Below are positions 42,401-52,505 of a DNA stretch of 64,000 bases, piece after piece. A program made the position numbers and the translations under genes. This DNA comes from a bacterium (GTDB lineage Bacteria; Zhuqueibacterota; Zhuqueibacteria; Residuimicrobiales; Krinioviventaceae): positions 96,001-160,000 of the forward strand of contig CAXXFV010000009.1 of assembly GCA_963674595.2 (NCBI GenBank). The letters run 5' to 3'. A model generated the notes under the pieces. That model was not told where the DNA came from, did no database searches, and saw only the letters and a list, made by a program, of their open reading frames with translations. Positions within the stretch are counted from its first letter, which is position 1. Each line of letters begins with the position of its first letter.

Positions 42401-44176
42401 AGTTTCTTTGATTTTATAGTGGACTCTGAAGATGATGGAAATTTTATATCTTCTATTTCAGATCTGGATAGTATACTACACTTATGCAAACAAAGATACC
42501 CAACACTGATGCTCAAGTGGCACTATAGAAGTAAACATGAGTCATTAATTGCTGTGTCCAATAACCAGTTTTATGAAAACAAACTTTTAGTCTACCCTTC
42601 AGCGACCTCACAATCAGAAAAATTAGGGCTCCATTTAAAATATTATAGTGACACAGTTTATGATAGAGGTAAGAGTCAGAAAAATTTAAAAGAGGCACAG
42701 ATTGTTGCAAAAGCTGCATTTGATCATTTTAAAAGGTCCCCGGACAAGAGTTTAGGAATAGGGACTTTTAGTATAAAACAGCAAGAAGCAATATTGGACT
42801 ACATCGAATTAATGTTACAGAAGAATCCCGAAATGGAAAACCATTTTTCTTCGCAGAAAGAAGAAAATTTTTTTGTAAAGAATTTGGAGACAATACAGGG
42901 TGACGAGCGAGATGTTATATTTATTAGTATTGGGTACGGAAAAGATGTAAACGGTCGAATTACCAATAATTTTGGCCCACTAAACCATGATGGGGGGGAA
43001 CGAAGATTAAATGTATTAATTACTAGAGCAAGAGAGAAAACCGTAGTTTTCTCAAATTTTAGAGCAATAGACATGCAGTATAGTAATGGCTTTTCGAAGG
43101 GAGTTAAGTCATTAAAACTATTTATGCAATATGCTGAAAGTAAAGAGATGCCTTATGAGGAGCAGTTTTTAGAAGACGCGGATTCACCGTTTGAGGAGGC
43201 AGTTTGTGATTTTCTAGTTGACAATGGATTTGAAGTTAGGAAACAAGTTGGATGTACCGGTTTTCGTGTTGATTTAGCAATAGTTGACGCAAAAGCCCCT
43301 GGAAAGTACTTACTAGGGATTGAATGCGACGGGGCAAAATATCACAGTTCTCCTGTTGCTAGGGATAGGGATAGACTACGACAACAGATACTTGAACAAA
43401 TGGGCTGGGTCATATATAGAATTTGGTCAACAGATTGGTATCGGAATAGAAACGAAGCACAAAAAGAGCTATTAGCATTCATACAAAGTTTAAATGATAG
43501 AGAAGACGTGGGAAATGACAAGGATGTTAATATTGAAAAAAATGGAAAGGAAGAAGAGGAAAAAAGTAAAATAAATAATTGTATTACCACTTATAAGCCA
43601 ACAAATTTTATCAAAAAAACTAAAAAATACAAGATGGCTACACAAAAGGATACTATTGGATTTAAAAGTTTTGATTTATGTGAGGAGTTTGATATAGCAA
43701 AAATAATAACTCAAATAGTAAAAATTGAAAGTCCAATCCATAATGATTATTTGATAAATAGATTGCGAATAATTTATGAACTAAAGAGGATTGGAGAAAG
43801 AATAATGGATAAGTTAGAATCAGCAATCTCTTTCGCTGTTAGATCGAAGATGATCAAACGTGATGGTGACTTTTATTTAGAAAAATATAATAAAAAGATA
43901 ACACCCCGATATCGGCAGGAAAAAAAAGAATTAGATTTATCGAAAATATATACAAAAGAAATAGAACAGGCGATTAAGTTTGTTTTGAAACACCAGCTTT
44001 CAACCTCACTTGAGGATTTGCTATATCAGGCTGCTAAAGTGATAGGTTTTAAGACTGTAAATCTGCAAACAAAAGAGAAAATTAAAAGAATCACTCTTGA
44101 AATGCTAACAAATTATGAATTAGAGTTTGATAGTAATGATTTTATTAAAATAGCCAAAAATGATAGCGACGAATAG
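39416..44176 (+). CDS. DUF4011-SF1 helicase-Vsr-like nuclease-DUF3320 protein (Hhe-type anti-phage architecture)
   Basis: LLDLTNRNRLINF, GPPGTGKSQT, FDEASQ, ETIQGDERD, RRLNVLITRA, GIECDG..YH...RDRDRLRQ..GW...RIWSTDW. Confidence 0.9.
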   Translation: MTETQRQIDIARKSLLDLTNRNRLINFKLTKNTSLKVVDELPTEIYNLLVIQEKSMAFKATIENLDDTKSLDLFTNVGNKKNDNSFARIDDSELPKNYTDLFLQTDQVKEKLSIKLRKISQDARAILEEQGYNILYLALGFLEYEDVEHERTRRKAPLILVPIELYRTKVKSDFKIKWTGEEILHNFALKEKLIEQGIILPDFEMPDEKSELDRYFNRVEKEINTHENWQVNKDIYLSFFSFAKFVMYKDLDADSWSDIHLSENKLLEGLFEKNEEILTANDFNEDDIDKKLETKKLFHILDADPSQICVIENAKAGKNLVVEGPPGTGKSQTIANIIAELLANEKTVLFVCEKMAALEVVKKRLDQTGIGQFCLELHSKKTNKNEFLKELEKCAFTTSETIPTFDTKFSNFEILKNELNDYAKTLRTRVGNLEFNVYELLMLKEKSLLHFERVKRNELDLSIGDWINITSEDYTEAIKSLNDLSQTIQLVQPINKNPWKWCAPNQIILPSDVKIIKEKLNYAIRNLTLYANSLKFLSTLSGIRIPRTMSNLKEAVNAAVMISKAGKVDENVLLNEEWNTPSNIASKIVETIRKIKNLKPIYSQKFRNNASGCDIVFLLKEYKETYNKIFKIFYPRYYKTKKMLKSIYLNSIQRNKYLILEDLLMLKEYINAKNYIKNIETKGLALFGTHWNGENSNPEMLEYLSGWLVSFRKELVAQTLSNNSLKLVSNGISKENIVKTLKKLKTEYINFAQSIKTLDRILKPNYDKYFEMKFENADINKIYNLLKMWEKHTDRIQKWTQFLPYIERCRKTIAWPIADYLFMNNLYSEDIVPSFQSCFADFFIRHAFETMPTLNNFVANFHQKRINSFIEIDQELIKLNRVRLYNKLSAAKPKIFYGISPDSEVGLLVGEFNKKRRHMPIRRLLSAIPKLVQKIKPCFMMSPISIAQYLKPGNVKFDVIIFDEASQIKPQDSLGAFLRAKQAIVIGDTRQLPPTSFFDFIVDSEDDGNFISSISDLDSILHLCKQRYPTLMLKWHYRSKHESLIAVSNNQFYENKLLVYPSATSQSEKLGLHLKYYSDTVYDRGKSQKNLKEAQIVAKAAFDHFKRSPDKSLGIGTFSIKQQEAILDYIELMLQKNPEMENHFSSQKEENFFVKNLETIQGDERDVIFISIGYGKDVNGRITNNFGPLNHDGGERRLNVLITRAREKTVVFSNFRAIDMQYSNGFSKGVKSLKLFMQYAESKEMPYEEQFLEDADSPFEEAVCDFLVDNGFEVRKQVGCTGFRVDLAIVDAKAPGKYLLGIECDGAKYHSSPVARDRDRLRQQILEQMGWVIYRIWSTDWYRNRNEAQKELLAFIQSLNDREDVGNDKDVNIEKNGKEEEEKSKINNCITTYKPTNFIKKTKKYKMATQKDTIGFKSFDLCEEFDIAKIITQIVKIESPIHNDYLINRLRIIYELKRIGERIMDKLESAISFAVRSKMIKRDGDFYLEKYNKKITPRYRQEKKELDLSKIYTKEIEQAIKFVLKHQLSTSLEDLLYQAAKVIGFKTVNLQTKEKIKRITLEMLTNYELEFDSNDFIKIAKNDSDE

Positions 44177-44417
44177 ACTTGATATTAGTTGTAGTTTAAC
44201 TACAGTACAAGAGCTTGTTGTAAAAATAACTATTTGTGGCTGATTTCCCGTGGTGATCAGTCTTTGTTTAAAAAGGATAAAGTTGTAATATTTCTGTGGA
44301 CAAAGTTAGGCTTTTTATATTATAATCCATAGTAGGTACCATACTTCTAAGTAACCCTCAACATCCATCTCACCAAAACAATCCAATCTAAAACCATCAT
44401 CAGAACATTTCAAACGC

Positions 44418-45968
44418 ATGTCATTTATCAATCGGGACTGGCTGCAGGATTTATATGCTCCGCCTGGCTTTTTTAATGACATTGCCAAAGGTATAAAACC
44501 TCAAACCGAAATGCCGCAGTTTATCGTGTTCATCAAGCCGGTTCAGGTCGGAATAACCGAGCGCCTTTTAGTTGAACTCTTGCATTATGTTTCCAGTGGA
44601 TTACGTGGTTTGTATGTCATGCCGAACCAAACCCTGAGATCGAACTTTGTACATGACCGAATTGATAAACTTCTCAGTTATGTTCCCTTGTACAAAAGTC
44701 ATTTGGATGAAGGAGGTGAAAGTGACAGTGTTTTACAGAAACATTATGGTAAAGGGACCATGCGATTTGTAGGATCGAATTCAAGGACAGAGTTTGTTGA
44801 AAATCCGGTTGATATCGCTTTTGTTGATGAATATGATGAATCAGACATGGACAACCTGGACCAGTTAAAAGACAGGTTAAAAGCATCTGAATATAAAATG
44901 CTTAGATATTCGTCACGACCCACTGTTGAAAATTGTGGTGTGGATGGTTTATACCGGTCTACGAATCAATCCCGATACCTGACCCGGTGTCAGCATTGCA
45001 ACAAATACATTGAACTTGACTGGTTTAAACATGTTGTTCGGCAGGTTGATTCTGAGGGTTTGATTTATAAAGTCATTAAAGAAGAAAATGGCAAACCTCA
45101 AATTATATGTGATAAATGTGAAAAGATTATATATGAACCATGGGTCGGTGAATGGATTGCCAAATACCCGGATAAACCGAGAGTCGGTTACCGGTTTTCA
45201 AGGTTGATCAGTTTTGATACTGATCTTTTGGAATTGTGGAATGAATTTCAGGAAGCTCTTGGAGATACGACCAAGACACAATTGTTTCACAATTCAAATC
45301 TGGGCCGTGCTTTTGCTCCAAAGGGAAGTAAAATAACTGAAGCTTTGATGGAAAAGTGTAAAGATGATTATCTCATGCCGTCTACGGGAAATAATACTTT
45401 TATGGGAGTTGATCCAGGTGGACGGCATCATTATTTCATCTGGGAACGATATAATGGAAGAAAACGACTTGTTGCTTGTGGTGCGGCGTATGATTGGGAT
45501 ACACTGGATTTTCTGATTGATCAGTATAATGTTGAAGTATGTACAATTGATGGTGAATATGATACTACGAAAGCAAAAGAGTTACAGTTAATGAGACCTG
45601 GTAAGGTATGGTTGTGTTGGTATAAAAAAGGGGGGAGCTTACAGGATCAGACAGTTGACATTGATAATAAAATTATTGCTCTTGACCGGACACAAGCTCT
45701 TGATCGTGTTTTAAAGAATATTTTAAAAAGTGAACAGGATGGATTTATCCTTCCGAGAAACTGGAGAAAGGTATCTGATGGTGAGTTGTTGGACCATTTT
45801 ACATTACCAGTCAGGTATTTTGACCCAAATACAAATCGTCAGGTTTGGAGTAAGCCCATTAGTGGAGACCATTTATTACATGCCGCAGCTTATTCTTTAA
45901 TCAGTGAAGAAATTGGTGGAACCATAGGGGGATCAATGGTGTGGAGCAGAGCTGGAAAGGCTAGATAA
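44418..45968 (+). CDS. Phage terminase large subunit, GpA-type (N-terminus probably eroded)
   Basis: KPVQVGITE Walker A, FVDEYDE Walker B, SRPT, CQHC/CDKC zinc site, GVDPG nuclease, DHLLHA. Confidence 0.85.
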   Translation: MSFINRDWLQDLYAPPGFFNDIAKGIKPQTEMPQFIVFIKPVQVGITERLLVELLHYVSSGLRGLYVMPNQTLRSNFVHDRIDKLLSYVPLYKSHLDEGGESDSVLQKHYGKGTMRFVGSNSRTEFVENPVDIAFVDEYDESDMDNLDQLKDRLKASEYKMLRYSSRPTVENCGVDGLYRSTNQSRYLTRCQHCNKYIELDWFKHVVRQVDSEGLIYKVIKEENGKPQIICDKCEKIIYEPWVGEWIAKYPDKPRVGYRFSRLISFDTDLLELWNEFQEALGDTTKTQLFHNSNLGRAFAPKGSKITEALMEKCKDDYLMPSTGNNTFMGVDPGGRHHYFIWERYNGRKRLVACGAAYDWDTLDFLIDQYNVEVCTIDGEYDTTKAKELQLMRPGKVWLCWYKKGGSLQDQTVDIDNKIIALDRTQALDRVLKNILKSEQDGFILPRNWRKVSDGELLDHFTLPVRYFDPNTNRQVWSKPISGDHLLHAAAYSLISEEIGGTIGGSMVWSRAGKAR

Positions 45969-45989
45969 ATTTTAATAGAAAGGAATGAT

Positions 45990-46184
45990 ATGCCAGTACA
46001 AATAAATCCTAAATTAGAATCGACAAAGAAGCGTTTGACAATATTAAGAAATCATATATATGATATGAGTAAATATTTTGAAAAGAGTGGTTCAAAAAGT
46101 CCGGCAAGTGATGCGATCCGGGAGGTATCTAAAAAGACCGGATTTTCTGTGAGTTATTTACGTGATGTTTATTACAAGTATTGA
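45990..46184 (+). CDS. Small HTH protein
   Basis: AIREVSKKTGFSVSYLRDVYY; AAGGA RBS. Confidence 0.6.
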   Translation: MPVQINPKLESTKKRLTILRNHIYDMSKYFEKSGSKSPASDAIREVSKKTGFSVSYLRDVYYKY

Positions 46185-46214
46185 GGAAAAAGTTGAGAAT
46201 TTAATCGGTTGTCG

Positions 46215-46465
46215 AGCCCTGCAGAAGTGTGGGGCTTTTTTTGTTATATATGGGGTAGATAAATTTTTTAAAAACAACTTGCGCCAATGTTACAAAATTT
46301 GTAATATAATTATATCAGCTGTAAAGGTCTGTTTTCAGAACAATCCGGTCGAGCATGGGAGTCTCTGAAAACCTTTAGCTGATTTACCACCTTTTTAACA
46401 AACAGGATTTAAAAGCACACACGAGGAAGAGGTTGCATCGGTCACAAAATCAGATCCCTGTTATT
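46215..46465 (+). repeat. Repeat copy 2: terminator + promoter + putative structured RNA
   Basis: AGCCCTGCA..TGTGGGGCT-T-run; TTGCGC-17-TAATAT(AAT); stems ATCAGCTGTAAAGGT/ACCTTTAGCTGAT and AACAGGAT/ATCCCTGTT. Confidence 0.7.
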
Positions 46466-46819
46466 TCGCGGTTACAATTATTGGGTTGGGTGGAGTCGGT
46501 CTATGTAAACCGGAAAACTCATTACAAGGAAATCAATTGGTTATTCGTTTTTTTAATTGATTTTATACAAGCTGTATAACATATATTTGAAAATATGATT
46601 TTAATAAAAATAACATGTTGTATTTATGGTTGTTACGGCATATTATTTATATTATATGACATGGTTTTTCAGTCTATAGTTAGTTATCAAAATCGTTCAA
46701 TACTATGTTCAGTGTATAGAAATATAAAGTCTATTAAATAAATGTTTTAGTTAAGCTAAAAAAAATTAGCCCTTTTTATGAATGGAAACCAGTTTTTTCG
46801 CTGGAGAGAGAAATGAAAT

Positions 46820-48241
46820 ATGAATACTGAAGAAAAAACCATTTTACTTGTTGAGGATCAAGCAGTCATTTGTCAGGATCAAGCTGCTATCTTGAGTAGC
46901 GAAGGTTACAATGTCATTACTGCTCTAAATGGAAAAGCAGCTCTGGATAAATTTAAAAATGGGCATAAAATTGATCTCATTTTAATGGATCTTGATCTTG
47001 GTAAAGGAATGGATGGAACTCAAGTTGCAGAAATCATTTTACGTGATCATAATATTCCTATTATTTTTCTATCGGGTCACACTGAAACGGAAATGATTAA
47101 AAAAACAGAAAAGATTACGTCCTATGGTTTTGTGGTAAAAGGTTGCGGAGAGAATGTACTTTCCACGGCCATTAAAATGGCTTTCAGGTTACATTGTTCA
47201 TACATGGAAAATTTTAGACAAGCAGAAGCATTAAAAGATTCTGAACTTCGTTACAGACGTCTTTTTGAATCCGCCCAGGACGGTATATTAATTTTAGATT
47301 CAGATCAGGGCGTAATAATAGATATTAATCCATATTTAATGGAATTGATCGGTTATAGTTTCAATGAAGTTTTGGGAAAGTCTCTTTGGGAAATCAGCCC
47401 TTTTCTGGACATTGCGGCGAATAAGGACAAATTTCTTGAGCTTCAAAAAACTGGGTATGCTCATTATGATCATCTCCCGCTTATAAATAAAAATGGAATG
47501 GTTAAGAATGTTGAATTTGTAAGTAATGTATATCTAGTAAACGATAATAAAATTATTCAATGTAATATCCGTGATATAGAAAAACGAAAAAAATATGAAA
47601 ATGGAAGAGAAGCAATATTGACAGGAAAAACAACAATGCTTCGGGAGCTCCAGCACAGAATCAAGAACAGTATGTCCATTATTGTCAGTCTTATTAGCCT
47701 TGAATCAAATCGATCACATGATTCCGAGACAAAAGAAGCTTTTCTCAGAATCCGTGATAGAATAAACTCAATGGCAAACCTTTATAATATGCTCGATAGC
47801 TTCAAGAATATGAATGAAGTTCAATTTGATAAATATCTTAAAAAAACACTTGATGAACTGTTTAAAGTTTATGTGAATTCTCATGGACAAATAACTCTGG
47901 ATACAGATCTGGAAAAAATAATGCTTGATGTAGATCTAGCACTACCCATTGGACTTGTTCTAAATGAATTGGTTACGAATTCTCTCAAATATGCATTCCC
48001 TGATTCTCACAGTGGGAACATTAAAATTACCCTCAAACGTATAAATGACGATGTAACCATTGATGTTTCAGATGACGGGATTGGATTTCCTGTAGAATCT
48101 ACTATCAATAATTCTGTAGGTCTGGGTATGTCGCTTGTACAAATGTTAATAGATCAAATTGACGGCAGTATTAAACATGTTCCTGTTGAATCTGGAACCA
48201 TGTTCAGTATTAAATTCCCTTTACAAAATAAGATTGAATAA
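46820..48241 (+). CDS. REC-PAS-HisKA_2 histidine kinase
   Basis: ILLVED, LMDLDL, PAS, ELQHRIKN, NELVTNSLKYAF, DDGIG. Confidence 0.9.
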   Translation: MNTEEKTILLVEDQAVICQDQAAILSSEGYNVITALNGKAALDKFKNGHKIDLILMDLDLGKGMDGTQVAEIILRDHNIPIIFLSGHTETEMIKKTEKITSYGFVVKGCGENVLSTAIKMAFRLHCSYMENFRQAEALKDSELRYRRLFESAQDGILILDSDQGVIIDINPYLMELIGYSFNEVLGKSLWEISPFLDIAANKDKFLELQKTGYAHYDHLPLINKNGMVKNVEFVSNVYLVNDNKIIQCNIRDIEKRKKYENGREAILTGKTTMLRELQHRIKNSMSIIVSLISLESNRSHDSETKEAFLRIRDRINSMANLYNMLDSFKNMNEVQFDKYLKKTLDELFKVYVNSHGQITLDTDLEKIMLDVDLALPIGLVLNELVTNSLKYAFPDSHSGNIKITLKRINDDVTIDVSDDGIGFPVESTINNSVGLGMSLVQMLIDQIDGSIKHVPVESGTMFSIKFPLQNKIE

Positions 48242-48278
48242 CATGAAAATTTATGTATTGTATTATCAGAAGAAAAGC

Positions 48279-48402
48279 GCATAACCCAATTTTACATGCG
48301 GATCGAACCACGCCCCCTTTTTTCTAATCTGGGAAGTAGCTGGAATCACTTGTTTTTTTATAATAACATTTGGTGGTTCGACCGGTGAAAATCACGTTAA
48401 AT
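48279..48402 (+). repeat. Integron attC site
   Basis: GCATAAC...ATTTTACATGCGGATCGAACCAC / GTGGTTCGACCGGTGAAAAT...GTTAAAT; 124 bp. Confidence 0.75.
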
Positions 48403-48476
48403 ATCTTATCAATTGCTTCAAGGATTCATCGAAAAATCTGAAAGACTGAAATAGTAAAATAGGAAAACACATCTAA

Positions 48477-49502
48477 TTGATCATAGCTAAAAGAAAACTT
48501 GTACTGAAAAGCAAACGAAATATTTTTTCACCAAATCTGAAATATAAATATTTTGAAAATTGCAAGAAACATCCATTTAGAGCAAATGAAAAAGATTTCA
48601 GTTTAGTAAATGCTTGGTGGCTTTCAGAATGTTCTTTTTTATCATATACTCCTCAGGATTTCATAAAATCTCAAATTAATCAAGCAGGAATTAAATCTTT
48701 TCGATTTTTTGAAAGTTTTAAGTGTAAGTGTTTCGTTGCCAATACATCTGATTTTGCTATTGTCACTTTTCGAGGAACTGCGACTACAAGCACTGATTTA
48801 TTTATCGATTTAATTGATAATCTAAGTTTTAAGCTAACCGATTTTAGAGAAGGAGAGAAAGTTCATTACGGTTTTTATAGTGCATTTAAAGATATTTGGA
48901 ATGGTAACACTGGCTTCAAGGAGTATCTTTATTATTTACAGAAAGATAATCCTGATATAACTTTTTGGTTTACAGGACATAGTCTTGGAGCAGCTGTTGC
49001 GAGTTTGGTAGCTGCTTCTTTTGAGAGTTATCATGCTCTTTATACTTTCGGGGCGCCAATGGTGGGAAATTTAGATTTTGCAAATAGTCTTAAGCAAAAA
49101 ACATATCGCATAGTAAATTATGGTGATCTAATTACACTGCTTCCCCCTTCGTTTAGTAATAAAATAGAAAAGGAATATGTACATCATGGAATAACGAAAT
49201 TCATTGATAAACATAAATCATTAGCTACTGAAATAACATTTCCTGACAATCAGTTTACAGGTTCAATAGAGATAACCTCCAAGATTATAGATATAATTTT
49301 TGATAAAGATAAAAGCGTATTATTAAAAATTATTGATCTTTCGGATTTAAATAATAAAACTTCTTTATCACCAGTTTCATTGTTAATTAGACTATTAAAA
49401 AAAATAAAAAGAACCATTTCAAGAACAAAAGTGATAAAAATATCAAATCATGCTCCAATATGCTATGCAGTTTATTTATGGAATATTTATATAAAAGACT
49501 AA
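48477..49502 (+). CDS. Class 3 lipase gene cassette
   Basis: VTFRGT, VHYGF, TGHSLGAA, YTFGAP, GDLITLLPP; flanked by attC sites. Confidence 0.85.
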   Translation: MIIAKRKLVLKSKRNIFSPNLKYKYFENCKKHPFRANEKDFSLVNAWWLSECSFLSYTPQDFIKSQINQAGIKSFRFFESFKCKCFVANTSDFAIVTFRGTATTSTDLFIDLIDNLSFKLTDFREGEKVHYGFYSAFKDIWNGNTGFKEYLYYLQKDNPDITFWFTGHSLGAAVASLVAASFESYHALYTFGAPMVGNLDFANSLKQKTYRIVNYGDLITLLPPSFSNKIEKEYVHHGITKFIDKHKSLATEITFPDNQFTGSIEITSKIIDIIFDKDKSVLLKIIDLSDLNNKTSLSPVSLLIRLLKKIKRTISRTKVIKISNHAPICYAVYLWNIYIKD

Positions 49503-49510
49503 ATACCAAT

Positions 49511-49645
49511 ATTTAACAAAGTATTCCAGCGGAACACAGGGCGTTTTTTCAATTTGAGTTTGGTTCATTAATTTCTTAAAAGTTCAGATAAAATCTGAAA
49601 TATCGTGCATGTAAGCCCTGTGTCCCCTGAATACTCTAGTTAGCC
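49511..49645 (+). repeat. Integron attC site
   Basis: ATTTAAC...AGTATTCCAGCGGAACACAGGGC / GCCCTGTGTCCCCTGAATACT...GTTAGCC, with unpaired C and A on the top strand as expected for extrahelical bases; 135 bp. Confidence 0.85.
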
Positions 49646-50178
49646 ACTTTAAAAAGATATTATCGTCTCGAAAGCGATTAACTTTTGGGACATTAATCGA
49701 CCATTTAGATTTTTTTCATAATACCCAACAATTTTTTCCAAGCTATGGGTGAATTACCATAAAATATGCTTAAATAGTGCCTTTAAGATAAAAAAAGTAA
49801 TGCTAACAATCTGTAGAAATTTTAATAAACCTAAAAAACAGTTGTATTAGTCATAAATAACTTGTATTTTTACACATACTGTTATTAATGGTTTCTTTTA
49901 GAACGTTTGGTAATTGTAGATAATCATACTCGGCCCTTATCCCTCTTTCTAAAATAATACTAAATATAAAGTTTAATCCTAGAGTTTACAACAAGCTCAA
50001 TGCAAAGAAGCAGTGGATCTGCCGCATTTCATCAATTTTAACTTAAAAAGATTGGTCTAAAACCGAATAATCGGACAAGAACTATTAACTCGCAACCATT
50101 GATGAAGACGCTAGCTGCATAATTATCCACAAACTATCTTACTTCCTACATCTGTATTTAACTATCGAATATTTTAAT

Positions 50179-52353
50179 GTGGTAGTCCTCATGCCCCATC
50201 AAACGAAGAAAACGAACAACCGATGCAAAATAAAACTATCTGAAGAGATTAAAGATTCAATTCTCAATCTATCACCGGATTTAGTCTGTGTTATCGGTAT
50301 GGACGGATATTTCAAATATGTAAACCCTGCCTGGGAAAAATTACTTGGATATACCGAAAAAGAATTACTCTCAAAACCCATCCTGGAATTAATACATCCT
50401 GATGACCATACTAAAAATAATGAACAACTTGCTCGTTTATCAAAGGGAGAAATTACTAAAAACTTTGAAATTCGAATCATCTGTAAGGACAGTACAATTA
50501 AGTATATTCAGTGGACTGCAACACCTGATATTAAAGAAAAGACAGTTTATTGTACTGGCAGAGATATTACCGAACGCAAAAAGGCTGAAAAAATATTCCA
50601 GGATTCAGATATAAGGAACAAAATATATGTTAAAAACGCACCACTTGGAATATTTGTCGTTAATAGCAAAGGTAAATATATTGATGTTAATCCGAAAGCA
50701 TGTAAGTTATTGGGTTATACACGGAATGAATTATTACAACTATCCATTTCAGATGTTTCAAATTCTAAAGAAACTATCGAAATTTTCCAGCGATTAAAGG
50801 AAGCAGGGCTCGTTGATTGTGAAATTGAACTAAAGAAAAAAGATGGTTCAATTGTCAATGTTTTATTAGATGCTGTCTCTTTGCCTAAAGATCAGTTTAT
50901 GGCTTTTTGTACTGACATTACCGAGAGAAAATTGACGCAGGAGGCTTTGAAAGAAAGTGAAAGACAATTTAGAAGAGCAATTACTGATTCGCCTGTGCCT
51001 ATTATGATCTATAACGAGGATGGTAATGTTCTACAATTAAGTAAAGGTTGGACAGATTATTCGGGTTATACCATTGAAGATATTCCAACTGTATCTGCCT
51101 GGACCCAAAAAGCCTATGGATCAGCTTCGGGTAGTAAAAAAAAGTATATTGATAAACTCTTTGAGATTGATAAAACAGTATATAATTGCGAATTGAATAT
51201 TACGGCAAAGAATGGTTCAAAAAGAATCTGGGAATTCAGAACGACGCCCATAGGAAAAAACTCCAGTGGAAAAAGATTGCTGCATAGTATGGCTGTGGAT
51301 ATCACCAAACGTAAGCAAATGGAAGAAGCCCTCCTGAAAAATCAAAAACGTTACAAAAAAGCTCAGGCCATGGGCCATGTCGGCAACTGGGAATATGACC
51401 CTGTCACAACAAAATTTTGGGGTTCGGATGAAGCCAAAAGGATCTATGGTTTTGAATTGGAGAGCCCGGATTTTACAACAGAGAATGTGGAAAGCTGCAT
51501 TCCGGAAAGAGAACGGGTGCATCAGGCGTTAATCGATCTGTTAGAACACAATAAAAAATACGATCTGGTCTTTGATATCATAACGGCTGATAAGGGAATT
51601 CGTAAAACGATTCATTCAATAGCCGAGGTAGAAAGCGATGCTCAGGGCAACGTTAAAAAGGTTACCGGTGTTATCAGTGATATTACCGAACATAAAATAA
51701 ATGAAGACAAAATTAAAGCTTCACTTGAAGAAAAAGAAATTCTATTGCGCGAACTCTCTCACAGAACGAAAAACAATATGCAAGTCGTTTCATCCATGCT
51801 TAGACTATACGCAAAACGGGAATCTAATGAAAAAATTGACCTCATATTTACGGAGATTGAAGGAAAAATCCTATCAATGGCACTTGTACATCAATTGTTA
51901 TATGAATCCAAAGACTTGTCACATTTAAATTTAAATGATTATATAACAAAGTTGATACCTTTGATAAAATCGAGTTACCTTATTTCAAACCATATCCGGT
52001 TTTTTTGTGAATGCGAGGACATTAATATACTCATCGATACGGCTGCCCCCCTAGGATTGGTTATAAATGAATTGATATCAAATAGTATTAAACATGCCTT
52101 TCCCGATAACCGGGAGGGAATGATAAAAATTAACATATCAACATCCAGGGAAAATGAACTTGTTATTATTATTAGTGATGATGGTATTGGTTTTAAGGAC
52201 GGATTTGATATAAAAAAAGATATTAATTTAGGGCTTAAAACAGTATTTAATCTGGTTAAAAACCAGCTTGATGGGCGGATTCAGGTTGACAGTAATAATG
52301 GCTTAAGATGGGAGATTGAGCTAAAAGAGGAACAATATATGCCAAGGCTCTGA
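50179..52353 (+). CDS. Multi-PAS HisKA_2 histidine kinase
   Basis: Four PAS/PAC repeats (DITERK), ELSHRTKNN, NELISNSIKHAF, DDGIG. Confidence 0.9.
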   Translation: MVVLMPHQTKKTNNRCKIKLSEEIKDSILNLSPDLVCVIGMDGYFKYVNPAWEKLLGYTEKELLSKPILELIHPDDHTKNNEQLARLSKGEITKNFEIRIICKDSTIKYIQWTATPDIKEKTVYCTGRDITERKKAEKIFQDSDIRNKIYVKNAPLGIFVVNSKGKYIDVNPKACKLLGYTRNELLQLSISDVSNSKETIEIFQRLKEAGLVDCEIELKKKDGSIVNVLLDAVSLPKDQFMAFCTDITERKLTQEALKESERQFRRAITDSPVPIMIYNEDGNVLQLSKGWTDYSGYTIEDIPTVSAWTQKAYGSASGSKKKYIDKLFEIDKTVYNCELNITAKNGSKRIWEFRTTPIGKNSSGKRLLHSMAVDITKRKQMEEALLKNQKRYKKAQAMGHVGNWEYDPVTTKFWGSDEAKRIYGFELESPDFTTENVESCIPERERVHQALIDLLEHNKKYDLVFDIITADKGIRKTIHSIAEVESDAQGNVKKVTGVISDITEHKINEDKIKASLEEKEILLRELSHRTKNNMQVVSSMLRLYAKRESNEKIDLIFTEIEGKILSMALVHQLLYESKDLSHLNLNDYITKLIPLIKSSYLISNHIRFFCECEDINILIDTAAPLGLVINELISNSIKHAFPDNREGMIKINISTSRENELVIIISDDGIGFKDGFDIKKDINLGLKTVFNLVKNQLDGRIQVDSNNGLRWEIELKEEQYMPRL

Positions 52354-52505
52354 AAGTGTTTAGTTTAAAATTTATTTGTTAAAAACAGTGAGCAAGCAGG
52401 CTGGGGCTGTATTTGAGATTTGGCAACTAACAAAAATATAGTGATTAACTGTTGGGTCCAAAATGATGAAGTCAACCTGTGATTGAGGAATATGACTGTT
52501 TTCGT

